NCBI RefSeq assembly: GCF_009914755.1
Contig: NC_060936.1
Direction: 5' to 3' (one strand)
Origin: the human T2T-CHM13v2.0 reference genome, Homo sapiens
Length of the DNA: 64,000 nt
The translations under genes were made by a program, and so were the position numbers. Position 1 is the first letter of the stretch. Each line of letters begins with the position of its first letter. Positions 38,577 to 52,541 of the stretch are shown here, piece after piece. A model generated the notes under the pieces. The model made no database searches. It saw nothing but the letters and a program-made list of their open reading frames with translations, and was not told the origin of the DNA.

Positions 38577-39088
38577 CTTTGATATCCTGGTGACCACTAT
38601 GGACACATTGGTGGGGCTGGTGGGACTGGGGGGCACAGGCCCTCCTGGGGCACCAGGTCTTCACCATTGACCTCCCCCCAGAGCTGTCCCTGGAGCAGGT
38701 GGGTCCAATGAACGAATGACTCTGACCAGAGTCAGCAGAGAGATGGGAGTCGCCTCCCCCACAGCCCCCAGCCTGTGCCCCTGAGGCCCAGTGAGGCCCC
38801 TGATGGTGTGAGGCTCCTCCGTGAACAGCAGCCTGAGAACAGTGCTTCTCAAACCCAGCTGTATCACCCGTGGTCCTTGTTAAAACACAGCCCACCAGGG
38901 CCCTCCAGAAGTGTCTGATCCACAGGTGCACGTCAGGCAGGAGACTCAGGAGCTCTGGTGACCTCCGGGTGATGCTGAGGCTGCCAGGCTGGGGACCCAC
39001 TCAGACTCTGGCCTTGGAGCCAGGTCTCAGAGGCTTCAGGCGTCCTGCTCAGGGTGCCAGCGGTCATGTAGCGCCAAGGTGCTGGCAG

Positions 39089-39225
39089 AGGCTGGGGTCA
39101 GGACTAAGAGGGCAGGGCAGGAGCAAGGAGAGGCTGGGGGTCAGGACTTCCAGCCGGGAGGGCAGGGCAGGAGCAAGGAGAGGCTGGGGTCAGGACTTCC
39201 AGCCAGGAAGGCAGGGCAGGAGCAG
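39089..39225. repeat. Short ~41-50 bp tandem repeat, ~3 copies
   Basis: gaggctggggtcaggact...gggcagggcaggagca. Confidence 0.8.
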
Positions 39226-39894
39226 GTGCAGACCCGGGGCAGCCTCTGGGAGGGCGGGTGGGGTCAGAGCCGCTTGGCTTTCCCAGTCACGTTCCCTGGA
39301 GCGGGAGGGATCTGTTAATAGCTCTGAAAAGTGAAAATCCCACGGATCTGATTTTGCCTGTGCGGAAGGTTGCCGTGGGCGCCTCGCAGCAGGATTTCTG
39401 GAGCTCTCATCTTCCCTGTCTCTTATCTCCAGCGTGGCCTCATATCTTCTTTCACAAAGAATTCCTTCCAAGAGGCAGGATTGCTTGATCCCACCAGGAA
39501 GCAAGGACAAACGATGAAGAAACTGGTAAAAGTGTGGAGACGCCCGGCCTGCGGCTGCAGGGCTCAAGACCAAATCCCTCTAAACGCACTGTGGGATGGA
39601 GCCACCAGTGGTCCCTGTAGCTGCACTGGGGGTCACAGGAGCGGCCGGTGCTGCCACAGCCCAGGGGCCAGAGATGGGGCCTCCAGCCTGGGAAGCCAGC
39701 GGGGCCTTCAGACGGGCACCCGGAGAGTTTGCTCTGCTCTTCCCACCCCCAATGCCCTGGCTTCCCCGACAGCCCCATGCCGGGCACCATGCAGGCAGGG
39801 AAGGAGAGGCCCAGCGCCAGGCGCTGTGCAGGCAGGGAAGGAGAGGCCCAGTGCCGGGCGCCGTGCAGGCCGAGAGCCAAAGTCTGTGCAGACT

Positions 39895-40797
39895 GTTGTG
39901 GGTTGAATTGTGTCCTCCAGAAAAACAGGCAGAGTCCCAGCCCTGGGGACCTGTGAACAGGATCTTATCTGGAAACGGTCTTCGCTGACGTCATCAAGGT
40001 AAGAGGAGGTAGTGCGGGAGTCGGGTGGGCTCTGAGCCAAACATGGTATGTCCTTCTTAGAAGATGAGACACAGAGACACACGCAGAGAAGGGGCACACA
40101 CGTGAGGGTGGAGGCAGAGACCGGAATGATGTGGCCCCCAGCCAGGGATGCCCAGGTCACCAGGAGCTGGAAGAGGCAGGAAGGATCCTCCCCTGGAGAC
40201 TATGGAGGGAGCGTGGCCCAGCCAGCACTGTGATTCTGGACCGCCGGCCTCCAAACAGGGAGAGCCTCCAAAAGGGAGAGCCTCCGAACAGCGAGAGCTT
40301 CCGAACAGGGACAGCCTCTGAACAGGGACGGCCTCCGGAACAGGGAGAGCCTCCGAACAGGGAGAGCCTCCGAACAGGGAGAGCCTCCGAACAGGGACGG
40401 CCTCCGAACAGGGACGGCCTCCGGAACAGGGAGAGCCTCCGAACAGGGAGAGCCTCCGAACAGGGACGGCCTCCGAACAGGGACGGCCTCCGGAACAGGG
40501 AGAGCCTCCAAACAGGGACGGCCTCCGGAACAGGGAGAGCCTCCGGAACAGGGAGAGCCTCCAGAACAGGGAGAGCCTCCAGAACAGGGAGAGGCTCCGG
40601 AACAGGGAGAGCCTCCGAACAGGGAGAGCCTCCGAACAGGGAGAGCCTCTGAACAGGGAGAGCCTCTGAACAGGGACGGCCTCCGAACAGGGAGAGCCTC
40701 CGGAATAGGGACGGCCTCCGAACAGGGAGAGTGTCCGTTTCTGTTGGTCTAAGCCACGCAGTCTGTGGTGATCTGTCACGGCAGCCCCAAGAGATGA
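39895..40797 (+). mobile_element. MLT1 (B/C-like) solo LTR with an internal VNTR
   Basis: Starts tgttgtgggttgaattgtgtcctcc and ends tttctgttggtctaagccacgcagtctgtggtgatctgtcacggcagcc. Confidence 0.85.
40247..40731. repeat. 17-18 bp minisatellite GCCTCCGAACAGGGAGA, ~28 copies
   Basis: Direct tandem repeats. Confidence 0.97.
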
Positions 40798-41239
40798 CCG
40801 CACAGCCTCATGCTCACGCCAGCCGTCCAGCCCACTCAGACCAGCGGACACAGGTCTGTCTGGGATCCAAGAGCAGGAGATGCCCACGCTCACCACCCCA
40901 TCCACTGATGGCCCAGCTGTGGGCTCTTCCCCGGATCTCATGGGTGTCTTCCTGGGCTGCGTGATATCAATCCCAAGTTTTCCTCTTTGAAATCCCAGCT
41001 TCCTCCTCCAGACAGAATCAACACTGCAAGCTTGTCATCTTATCCTTGAATAAGATGTAATTTTGAGAATAATGGGAAATTTGCATCTATTAGCTCAGCC
41101 TTTGAAAGGTCTGTCCCACAACTTTCATGAAAAACAAACCAAGCTCAATATCCTGCTGTTCTGAGGTCACAGGCTGGTGGTGACAGCTGACCTGTCACAC
41201 ACCAACTTTCAGCACCATTCCTCAAATGTGGCAATTCAC

Positions 41240-44200
41240 AAGAAAAGACCTTATTTCTCACACTCTGGGAGGCTGGGAAGTCCAAGATGAAGAGGCACGG
41301 ATCTGACTTCGGCCTCTGTGCTGTGTCATCCCATGTGGACGGCGAGAGCACACACGCATTGGGGGCTGGGCGGGGGGAGGGTGGAACTCTTCCTTCCATC
41401 AGGAGCCCACTCCCACACAAACCAACTCACTCCCAAGATACCCAACTCACTCCTGAAATAACAAAGCCACTCCTCAGATAACCAACACATTCCCGAAATA
41501 AACAACACACTCCCGAGATGACCAAGTCACTCCCAACACAACCAGCTCACTCCTGAGATACCCAAACTCACTCCCATGATAACTAACTCACTCCGAAGAT
41601 GACCAACTCACTCCCGAGATAACCAACTCACTCCCAAGATGATCAAGTCACTCCCACCACAACCGACTCACTCCCAAGATACCCAAACTCACTCCCATGA
41701 TAACCAACTCACTCCCACAATAACCAACTCACTCTGAGATGACCAAGCCACTTCCATCATAACCAACTCACTCGAGATAACTAACTCACTCCCAGGATAA
41801 TCAAGACACTGCCAAGATAACCAACTCACTCCCATGATAATGAAGTCACTCCAGAGATGACCAACTCACTCCCAAGATGACCAAGCCACTCCCGAGATAA
41901 CCAACTCACTCCCATGATAACCAACTCACTTCTACAATAACCAACTCACTCCTGAGACAATAAAGCCGCTCCCGAGATAACCAACTCACTCTGAGATGAC
42001 CAAGTCACTCCTGAGATGACTGAGTCTCTCCCAAGATGACCAAGCCACTCCCACAATAACCAATCACTCCCGAGATAAACAAGCCACTCCTGAGATAGCC
42101 AACTCACTCCTGAGATAACCAACTCACTCCCATGATAACCAGCTCACTTCTGAGATGACTGAGTCTCCCCCAAGATGACCAAGCCATTCCCACCATAACC
42201 AACTCACTCCTGAGATAACCAACTCGTTCCCAAGATAAGCAAGCCACTCCCAAGATAACCAACACACTCCCATGAAAACCAACTCCCTCCTGAGACAACC
42301 AAACCGATCCCACAATAACCAACTCACTCTCATAATAACCAACTCACTCCCAAGAAAACTAACTCACTTCTGAGAAAACCAACTCCCAAGATTACCAACT
42401 CACTCCCGAGATAACCAATTCACTCCCATGATAACCAACTCACTCCTAGACAACCAAGCCAATCCCACAATAATCAACTCACTCTCATAATAACCAACTC
42501 ACATCCAAGAAAACTCACTCACTCCTGAGAAAATCAACTCCCAAAATTACCAACTCACTCCTGAGATAACCAATTCACTCCCATGATAACCAACTCACTC
42601 CCACAATAACCAACTAACTCCTGAGATAACCAAGTCATTCCCAAGATACCTAGCCCACTCCTGAGATAACTAACCCACTCTCATGATAACCAACCCATTA
42701 TTCTGATAACTAACTCATTCCCAAGGAAACCCACTCCCAAGTTAACTAACCCATTCCCATGATGACCATTGCACCTCAGAGACAACCAAGTCACTCCTGA
42801 GATAACCCAGTCCCATGATAACTAACCCATTCCCACCACACTTAACCCACCCATGAGATAAACAAGCCACGGCTGAGATAACCCACTCCCATGATAACTA
42901 ACCTGCTCCCACCATAACTAATCCACTCCTGATAACCAAGCCACTCCTGAGATAATCCACTCCTATAACTAACCTGCTCCCACCATACCTAACCCACCCG
43001 AGATAACCAAACCACTCCTGAGATAACTCACTCCCATAACTAACCCACTCCCACCACACCTAACTCATCCCTGAGATAACCAAGCCACTGCTGAGATAAC
43101 CCACTCCCATGATAACTAACCTGCTCCCACCACACCTAACCCATCCCTGAGATAACCAAGCCACTCCTGAGATAACTCACTCTCATAACTAACCCACTCC
43201 CACCACACCTAACCCACCCCTGAGATAACCAAGCCACTGCTGAGATAACCCACTCCCATGATAACTAACCCACTCCCACCACACCTAACCCACCCCCAAC
43301 ACACCTAACCCATCCCTGAGATAACCAACCCACTCCTGAGATAACTCACACCCATAACTAACCCACTCTCACCACACCTAAACCATCCCTGAGATGACCA
43401 AGCCACTCCTGAGATAACCCACTCTCATAACTAACCCACTGCCACCACACCTAACCCATCCCAGAGATAAACAACCCACTCCTGAGATAAATCACTCCCA
43501 TAACTAACCCACTCGGACCACACCTAACCCATCCCTGAGATGACCAAGCCACTCCTGAGATAACTCACTCCCATACCTCACCCACTCCCACCACACCTAA
43601 CCCACCCGAGATAACCAAGCCACTGCTGAGATAACCCACTCCCATGATAACTAACCCACTCCCACCACACCTAACCCACCCCTGAGATAACCAACCCACT
43701 CCTGAGATGACTCACTCCCATAACTAACCCACTCCCACCACACCTAACCATACCTGAGATGACCAAGCCACTCCTGAGATAACTCACTCCCATAACTCAC
43801 CCACTCCCACCACATCTAACCCATCCCTGAGATAACCAAGCCACTGCTGAGATAACCCACTCCCATGATAACTAACCCACTCCCACCACACCTAACCCAT
43901 CCCTGAGATGACCAACCCATTCCTGAGATAACTCACTCCCATAACTAACCCACTCCCACCACACCTAACCCACCCCTGAGATGACCAAGCCACTCCTGAG
44001 ATAACTCACTCCCATAACTCACCCACTCCCACCACATCTAACCCATCCCTGAGATAACTAAGCCACTGCTGAGATAACCCACTCCCATGATAACTAACCC
44101 ACTCCCACCACACCTAACCCATCCCTGAGATGACCAACCCATTCCTGAGATAACTCACTCCCATAACTAACACACTCCCACCACACCTAACCCATCCCTG

Positions 44201-45506
44201 AGATGACCAAGCCACTGCTGAGATAACCCACTCCCATGATAACTAACCCACTCCCACCACACCTAACCCATCCCTGAGATGACCAACCCACTCCTGAGAT
44301 AACTCACTCCCATAACTAACCCACTCCCACCACACCTAACCCACCCCTGAGATGACCAACCCACTCCTGAGATAACTCACTCCCATAACTAACCCACTCC
44401 CACCACACCTAACCCATCCCTGAGATAACCAAGCCACTGCTGAGATAACCCACTCCCATGATAACTAACCCACTCCCACCACACCTAACCCACCCCTCAG
44501 ATGACCAACCCACTCCTGAGATAACTCACTCCCATGATAACTAACCCACTCCCACCACACCTAACCCATCCCTGAGATGACCAGCCCACTCCTGAGATAA
44601 CTCACTCCCATGATAACTAACCCACTCCCACCACACCTAACCCATCCCTGAGATAACCAAGCCACTCCTGAGATAACTCACTCCCATAACTAACCTGCTC
44701 CCACCACACCTAACTCATCCCTGAGATAACCAAGCCACTGCTGAGATAACCCACTCCCATGATAACTAACCCACTCCCACCACACCTAACCCACCCCTGA
44801 GATGACCAAGCCACTCCTGAGATAACTCACTCCCATAACTAACCCACTCCCACCACATCTAACCCATCCCTGAGATGACCAAGCCACTCCTGAGATAACT
44901 CACTCCCATAACTCACCCACTCCCACCACACCTAACGCACCCCTGAGATAACCAAGCCACTGCTGAGATAACCCACTCCCATAACTAACCCACTCCCACC
45001 ACATCTAACCCATCCCTGAGATGACCAAGCCACTCCTGAGATAACTCACTCCCATAACTCACCCACTCCCACCACACCTAACGCACCCCTGAGATAACCA
45101 AGCCACTGCTGAGATAACCCACTCCCATGATAACTAACCCACTCCCACCACACCTAACCCACCCCTGAGATGACCAAGCCACTCCTGAGATAACTCACTC
45201 CCATAACTAACCCACTGCCACCACACCTAACCCATCCCTGAGATAACCAAGCCACTCCTGAGATAACTCACTCCCATGATAACTAACCCACTCCCACCAC
45301 ACCTAACCCACCCCCACCACACCTAACCCACCCCTGAGATAACCAACCCACTCCTGAGATAACTCACTCCCATAACTAACCCACTCCCACATTAAGGGCA
45401 TTAACCCCTTGGAGAGGGCAGAGCCCCTGCAGACCTCTCTCAACGCCATGGTGGGGGTGAAGCTTCCCATGTGGGGGCAGCGGGCGACGCATTCACAGCA
45501 CAGCAC
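41240..45506 (-). mobile_element. MST (MSTC/D-like) MaLR LTR split by a ~4 kb VNTR
   Basis: Left flank ttatttctcacactctgggaggctgggaagtccaagatgaag; right flank ggcattaaccccttggagagggcagagccc...cattcacagcacagca. Confidence 0.75.
41406..45390. repeat. ~4 kb compound VNTR: ~20 bp monomer (CACTCCCGAGATAACCAACT) grading into 73/76 bp higher-order units
   Basis: Direct tandem structure with strong strand skew (C/A-rich plus strand). Confidence 0.97.
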
Positions 45507-46734
45507 TGACCGTTCCTCGTGCAGGCGTTGCACAAGCTTTGCTTTCTTTAATCCCCAGGGTTCCCTCCGAGCCAGCTGCTTTTGTCACCCCCATGTAACT
45601 GATGAGACTCCTGAGGCTGAAGTTTGGGCCCATGGCCAGGAGGCAGTGAGCCCCAGCCACACTCCGTCACAGTGCTCCGAACTGCAAAGCTCTCAAAGAG
45701 GGTGTCCAAAGGGACCAAGAAAGGCACCACCCCTGTATGGTGGCAGGCAAAGGCGTTAAATAGCCACTAAACCATGGTCGCTCCACTTTCAGGAGAGGAA
45801 GGGCATCCTCTCCCAAAGAAGCAGGTGACAGTGCCTGCCTGGCCTTGGGGACCACGGCTGTGCTTCCACTCCGCGCCCTGTTTCACAGATAGAAGTGCTG
45901 CTGTGGTGGGCACGTGGGAATGGTCCATACGAGAACCACACAGGGGTTTCTGAGCCAGACCAAGGTGCCAGCTGGACACTTCCCCTCCGGGGCACATAAA
46001 GAGTCCCTGTCCATGGGGCTGCCCCATCGTCGGCCCCTGCCCCTCCCAATTCCACCCGGAGGTAGGGATGGCTGTGCGAACATTCACCGCCGGCACAGCA
46101 GGAGGACTGCCTGGTGGCCGCGGAAAAGGAACATGCCATGTGGACACATTCAGGTTGAACCAGCCCTTGGAGGAGGGACCTGGGGCCCCACTCGCTGGCC
46201 AGAGAGGGAGGCCAAGCCCTCCCTGGCAAATGCAGCCTCCCCCATGCCCTGCACAACCTTCATGACCCTGGACAGGGCAGGTGATTTGGATGCGGCTCCA
46301 GGGGGGCACGGAACATTTGTGTGCCACCTTCAAGATGAAGGGGTCTGCATTTTGCTTTTTGCCTCCACATAAAGTTATGGCCACAGATGCCTTCTGTGCC
46401 GTCAGAGGTAGAATTCAATTGCAGTCGTAGCAATGACCTTCCAACCACTAGGTAACATCCATCAGACGCTTGTCCACAGAAACACCTGCCTGACAACCCC
46501 GAGGGGCTCACGTGTTTATCACTTATTTATTAATTACATATTTAGGATTGCTTATTTCAGAAATTGAACCACTGTGTCAAAGATAGAGAAATTTCATGAA
46601 TCTTGGTGCCAAGTCATTTTCCAGAAGGTTTAGATTAGTTTTGTTTCACTGCCAGCAATATATGCTTCCACTACTTTAATTAGAAAGTGCATCACTTCTG
46701 ATTGGAAAAGTCATAAATGCTTTTGGTAGAAAAT

Positions 46735-46738
<4 letters not shown>

Positions 46739-46782
<44 letters not shown>
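46739..46782. repeat. Perfect (CA)22 microsatellite
   Basis: Uninterrupted CA run. Confidence 0.97.
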
Positions 46783-46784
<2 letters not shown>

Positions 46785-47882
46785 ATCACCTGGGGTCTCT
46801 TGCTGCAGGGAAAACTAGTATCAGTATTTTCACACTCCATATTATTCTGTAAGATCACGTAATGCCTCAGCGCAGTTCGATCCATGTATCTGGTGTCTGC
46901 CGCCTGCATTCTGTTTTTATCACTACGTCTTGAGTATTTCCCCACGTCACTAAAAATTCTTCATAAACATAACTTTGATGGCTGCAAACATAAAATGTCA
47001 ATTTGTAGCCGTGCCATTTATTCACCCATCCATTATCAAAACTCACGGAGCGTCTGCTAAATTCCAAGAGCTGCCTGGGTGGGGCAGGTCCAGGTGGCCC
47101 TGGTGAACGCAGCACACACCTGCCTGCCCCCCAGAGCTCATGCCCCATCATGCCCACAGGTGAACAGGTGCCAGCCCAGGGCAGCCGCTTCCACGCAGGT
47201 GTGGGTCAGAGGCAGGGGCAGGATCCCCAGGAAGAGGAGTCGGAGGGAAGAGAAAGGCCAGGAGGGCAGGAAGGTGTCCTGTGAGTGGCTGCGCATGCAG
47301 GTCAGGGCTGTGGCAGCAGAAAGGGGACGGGACGGGGTGGGAGCTTTCTGTGCCGCTGGGATCTTGCTTTGAGCCTTGTAGGAAGTGGGAGCGCAGAGGA
47401 GCTTTGAGCTGAGAGGGAGAGAGGAGGGTGGGCACAGTGGTCAGGTTTTCTATGCAGAGGGACCACTCCGGTGACCGTCTAAGGGGGGCGAGGGTGGAAC
47501 CCAGGGGCCTGTGCAGAGTCTGATGCTCCGATCAGCCCTGGGGTGAGACGGTGTGTGGACATGGAAGACGCGGTTTCCCACCCTCTGTCTGTCTCTCTCG
47601 GGAAAGCCTCCCTGTGTATTTCAGGACTAGCCGTCCCCATGCACACTGTGGCTGTCACCCCTGTGGCCTTCACCCGGTAGTCCCCGTCAGACCCTCCACC
47701 GCCGGGATGCAGTGACTGCCCAAGGCTGGGCAGGCGCCCTGAGTGGATTCGTCACCAGGAGAGAGGCCCCCACCCCGGGCACCTTGAGCAGCACAGGGCC
47801 ACCAGGGCATCTTCATTTAACACGAGAGGCAGCTGCCCAGAATCCACCACCAAAAACGGAAGCAGAGGAGAGATGAGAAGCA

Positions 47883-48868
47883 GCACCCTCTCCGGGGCAC
47901 AGCCTCGCCCGGGCACAGCCTCACCGGGGCACACCCTCACCCAGACACAGCCTCGCCCGGGCACACCCTCGCCCGGACACACCCTCACCCAGACACAGCC
48001 TCGCCCGGGCACACCCTCACCCAGACACAGCCTCGCCCAGACACACCCTCACCCAGACACAGCCTCGCCCGGGCACACCCTCGCCCGGACACAGCCTCAC
48101 CCGGGCACACCCTCACCTGGGCACAGCCTCGCCCGGGCACACCCTCGCCCGGACACACCCTCACCCGGGCACAGAATCGCCCAGACACACCCTCGCCTGG
48201 GCACACCCTCACCCGGGCACAGCCTCGCCCGGGCACACCCTCACCCAGACACACCCTCACCCGGGCACACCCTCACCGGGGCACACCCTCACCCGGACAC
48301 ACCCTCACCCGGACACACCCTCGCCCAGACACACCCTCGCCTGGGCACAGCCTCACCGGGGCACACCCTCACCCAGACACAGCCTCGCCCAGACACACCC
48401 TCACCCGGGCACACCCTCGCCCGGGCACACCCTCGCCCGGACACACCCTCACCCGGGCACAGAATCGCCCAGACACACCCTCGCCTGGGCACACCCTCAC
48501 CCGGGCACAGCCTCACCCGGGCACACCCTCACCGGGGCACACCCTCACCCAGACACGCCCTCACCCGGGCACAGCCTCACCCAGACACAGCCTCACCCGG
48601 GCACACCCTCGCCCGGACACACCCTCACCCGGGCACAGAATCTCCCAGACACACCCTCGCCTGGGCACACCCTCACCCGGGCACAGCCTCACCCGGGCAC
48701 ACCCTCACCGGGGCACACCCTCACCCAGACACGCCCTCACCCGGGCACAACCTCACCCGGGCACAACCTCACCCGGGCACACCCTCACCCGGACACGCCC
48801 TCGCCCGGGCACAGCCTCGCCTGGACACACCCTCACCTGGGTACATCCTCGCCTGGGCACAGCCTTGC
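47883..48868. repeat. 16 bp CpG-rich minisatellite CACACCCTCACCCGGG, ~60 copies
   Basis: Direct tandem repeats with variant units. Confidence 0.97.
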
Positions 48869-50703
48869 CTGGGTGGCCTCCTGGAGCTCAGTTTGGGGAA
48901 TGTTTGGTCTCAGTGGGCCCTGAGAGGGAAGCCAGTGAGGCCCTCGGGTGGAGAGCGCGGCCCGAGTGCAGATGTGAGTGCCAGGCCTGGGGTTTCCCTA
49001 CTGGCTCCTCACAGCACTGGGTGATGGGGACCAGGGAGCCCTGGGTGGGGCTTGGGTCCAAAGGAGCTGAGTCAGGGCTGGCAGCACAGCCTTTAGGACA
49101 GTGGCTCTCACAGTGGCACCTGGGCCGGGGGGCTCACGGCGGGGCCCACCCTCAGGACAGGGGGGCTCACGGCGGGGCCCAGACTCAAGACAGTGGCTCC
49201 CGCCCTCAGGACAGCAGCGGCCACCTCACCTGGGAGCCTGTGGGGACCACACGTTCTTGAGACCCTCCCCAAACCTGCCGGGTCAGAGCCCCCGTGGGGG
49301 GCCTGCAGGGGACCCTTACACAGGCAGCGTTGGAAGCGGCTGTCCGCACCGGAACCGCCTGCGGAGTGTGAGGGCGCCGGCGCCTGCCCGGGCCTCCCCA
49401 CGGAGCTGACATAACTGCCGGGGCGTGGCCTGGACGCCGGACGGTCTAAACCATCCCCAGGTGACTCTCAAGCGCAGAGCAATGGGAGCTGCTGTCCGGG
49501 ATGGCGAGGAGTCAGCCTGGCTCCAGGGCCCTGGCCAGGAGGCGACCCACTCAGGGGCGCCCCGGAGCCATGCAGAGAGGCCTGTTGGGGGTGGTTCTCC
49601 TGGGGTCTGGGGGCCGAGGTCCAGGTGGGCGGGCAGAGCGGGGGTCTAGACTGTGGGCAACAAGTTCTTAAGGCGAAGTCAGTTCGGACATAGTGGCTTG
49701 GAGGACACAGGTGCGTCTCCAGGCCTTTCTGGGTACCCCCACCTGCCCCGGCATTGCTGACGGAGTGCCATGGGGCACCCACTTTCCCCAGGACGTTCTC
49801 CACGCCTTCCCCCCTGCTCAGAGCCAGGGACACCGCTTGGTTTTGGAGGCAGTGATGTGACTTGCGCGAGGAAAAGCAGCTTCCTTTCGAGATTCAGGGC
49901 TGAACACAAGGCTCCCTCCCCGCCATTCATCATCACTGCGGTAATGGAAAAGATGGCTCACTTCCGCGCACACCCGCCGCGTGCCCATGGTCATTCTGCT
50001 TTTACGGAATCGTCATTTGAAGTTCCTTTCCCATGACCCGAGGGAGCGCACTGTTCTAATTACAGGAGATAATCTGGAAGACAATCACAGGGGAGGAGAC
50101 GGCTGTCTGGGAGCGTGGCGGGGAATCTGATTTCCATGGGGGCTGACTCTGTGAGTAGATGGGCAGGTGGGGGTGATCTGGGCTGTGAGGGGACCTGTGC
50201 CCGCTTCCCAGCCACCTCCTCTCGATGGACCCTGAGGAGAGCAGTCAGGGAAGTTGAAGGATGAACAGATTGTCACTTGGCATGTGTGTCTGGGGCAATG
50301 GGGAGTGGTGGGGACTGCGGCTCAGACCCACGGATTACTGCCACCCAGGGACTCGGGTCCAGAGATGCCAGATCTTCTAAAATTCCAACAGGAAGTGCCA
50401 GTGTACAGATTTATATCTCTACATGTCAGCAGTGGATTCACATTTTGGAAGAAATGGCATTAAGTTAACAAATACGCACTGGGTCTATCTAGATCTGTTC
50501 ATCAGGCAGGACAGCTGTGGTGGGATAAATAACCGATTCCAAAGGCATCAGGTTCTGATGTCTGGAACCCATGAGTCTGTCAATTTCCATGGTCAAAGGG
50601 ACTTTACAGACGAGATTAAGTTAGAGACCCTGAGACGGAGAGTGCCCTTGATCACCCAGGTGCACCCTGAATACAATCACCAGTGTCTTATAAGAGAGAA
50701 GCG

Positions 50704-51225
<522 letters not shown>

Positions 51226-51980
51226 GACACATGGAGGGAGATTCGACACAGACAGAAGAGGAAACAGCTGCGTGTGACGGAGGCAGAGGGTGCAGCAGCG
51301 TGGCCAACGGCGCCTGGAGCCCCAGGAGCTGGGAGGGAAGGACAGACCCTCCCTGCGGCCTCTGGAGGCTGCACAGCCCTGCCCATAGCTCAGCTGTAGC
51401 TCAGTGAAATCCACTCTGGGCGTCTGGATGCCAGAGCTGTGAAAGAAGAAATGTGTGTCATTTTAGGCTGCCCCGTCTGTGGTGAGCTGTGACAGCAGCC
51501 CCAGGAAAATAATACAGGAGGCTAAGCTGGTGCAGCAAGCAGACCCCGAAACACCCTGCCCCGGGCCCCAGCGCTGCCCTTGCTGGGTGCTGCCGCCCAT
51601 TCTGTTTGCTGGTCTCGTTCCAGCAGCCCCCAGGTGGTGCCTGCACCTACCGGGTTCCCAGACACTGCTAAAGGCAGGGGGAGGCCTTGCGGGATGTGGG
51701 GCAGCCCCACGAACGCAGGGTGGGCCGGGGAGGTAAGGTGGGGTGGGAGGGACCCTCGACCGCCAGGGCTTTCCCAGGCCAGGGCTGAGACAAAGAGAGG
51801 GGCCCGGGACCCACCTGGCACCTCGGGGTGCCCATCCTGTAATCCTCACACTGCCCACGATGTCAGCACCATGCTGTCCCCATTGCATAGACAGTGAGGC
51901 TCACCGTGGCCATGCAGACCTACCAGGCTGAGGCTCCTGGGCCCTTCTGAGCCACGTGTGCACCGGCCGTCCTCACACCA

Positions 51981-52076
51981 CCCACGGGGCTCGGGATGGC
52001 CGCACTCACGCCTTACCCACAGGGCTCGGGATGGCCGCACTCACGCCTCACCCACGGGGCTCGGGAGGGCCGCACT
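51981..52076. repeat. 35 bp tandem repeat, ~2.7 copies
   Basis: cccacggggctcgggatggccgcactcacgcct at 51981, 52016 and 52051. Confidence 0.85.
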
Positions 52077-52541
52077 GTGACTTCCGTGCCTGAGAAGGCA
52101 GGAGGCGGCTGTGGAGCAGGGGTCAGCTGGTGCCCGGGAGGACGCTGACAACCCCGCCCCTCTGCCCCCAACCAGGGAGTTTCCTAGAGCCCCTATTTAT
52201 GGCCCTGCAGGGCGGTGGGCAGAACCCGGCCCCACCCATTCAGCCCACATCCACCGGGCTGCAGGCGTGTCTGTCCCACGCGACACTCTCAGAATCCTGA
52301 GTTTTTGCCAACATTGAAACCCCCGTAGATTTCACCTGAAACCCTGGAGTTTCCACTTCCTCGGGAGGATCCAGCAATCTGACAGCCTGGATCTGCCATG
52401 CGGGGCAGAGATGGGCTGGAGTGGATGATGGCCCCGGGACACCCACGGCTGACTGGCCCCACCCCTCTAGCTGCCCGTGGACCTCACGCAGCCGCCCTGG
52501 AGGTCGAGGGGTCGTGCCCCAGTTTAGATGAATGGAGCGGG

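Noticed and set aside
42820-45390. Interstitial telomeric repeat
   Set aside because: CTAACCC motifs are isolated within longer units, not tandem (TTAGGG)n, and the flanks indicate an LTR origin.
47873-49024. 383-aa ORF
   Set aside because: Read-through of a stop-free 16 bp VNTR whose period is not a multiple of 3.
51863-51880. REST/RE1-like half sites (TCAGCACC here and at ~41209)
   Set aside because: No correctly oriented and spaced GGACAG right half.
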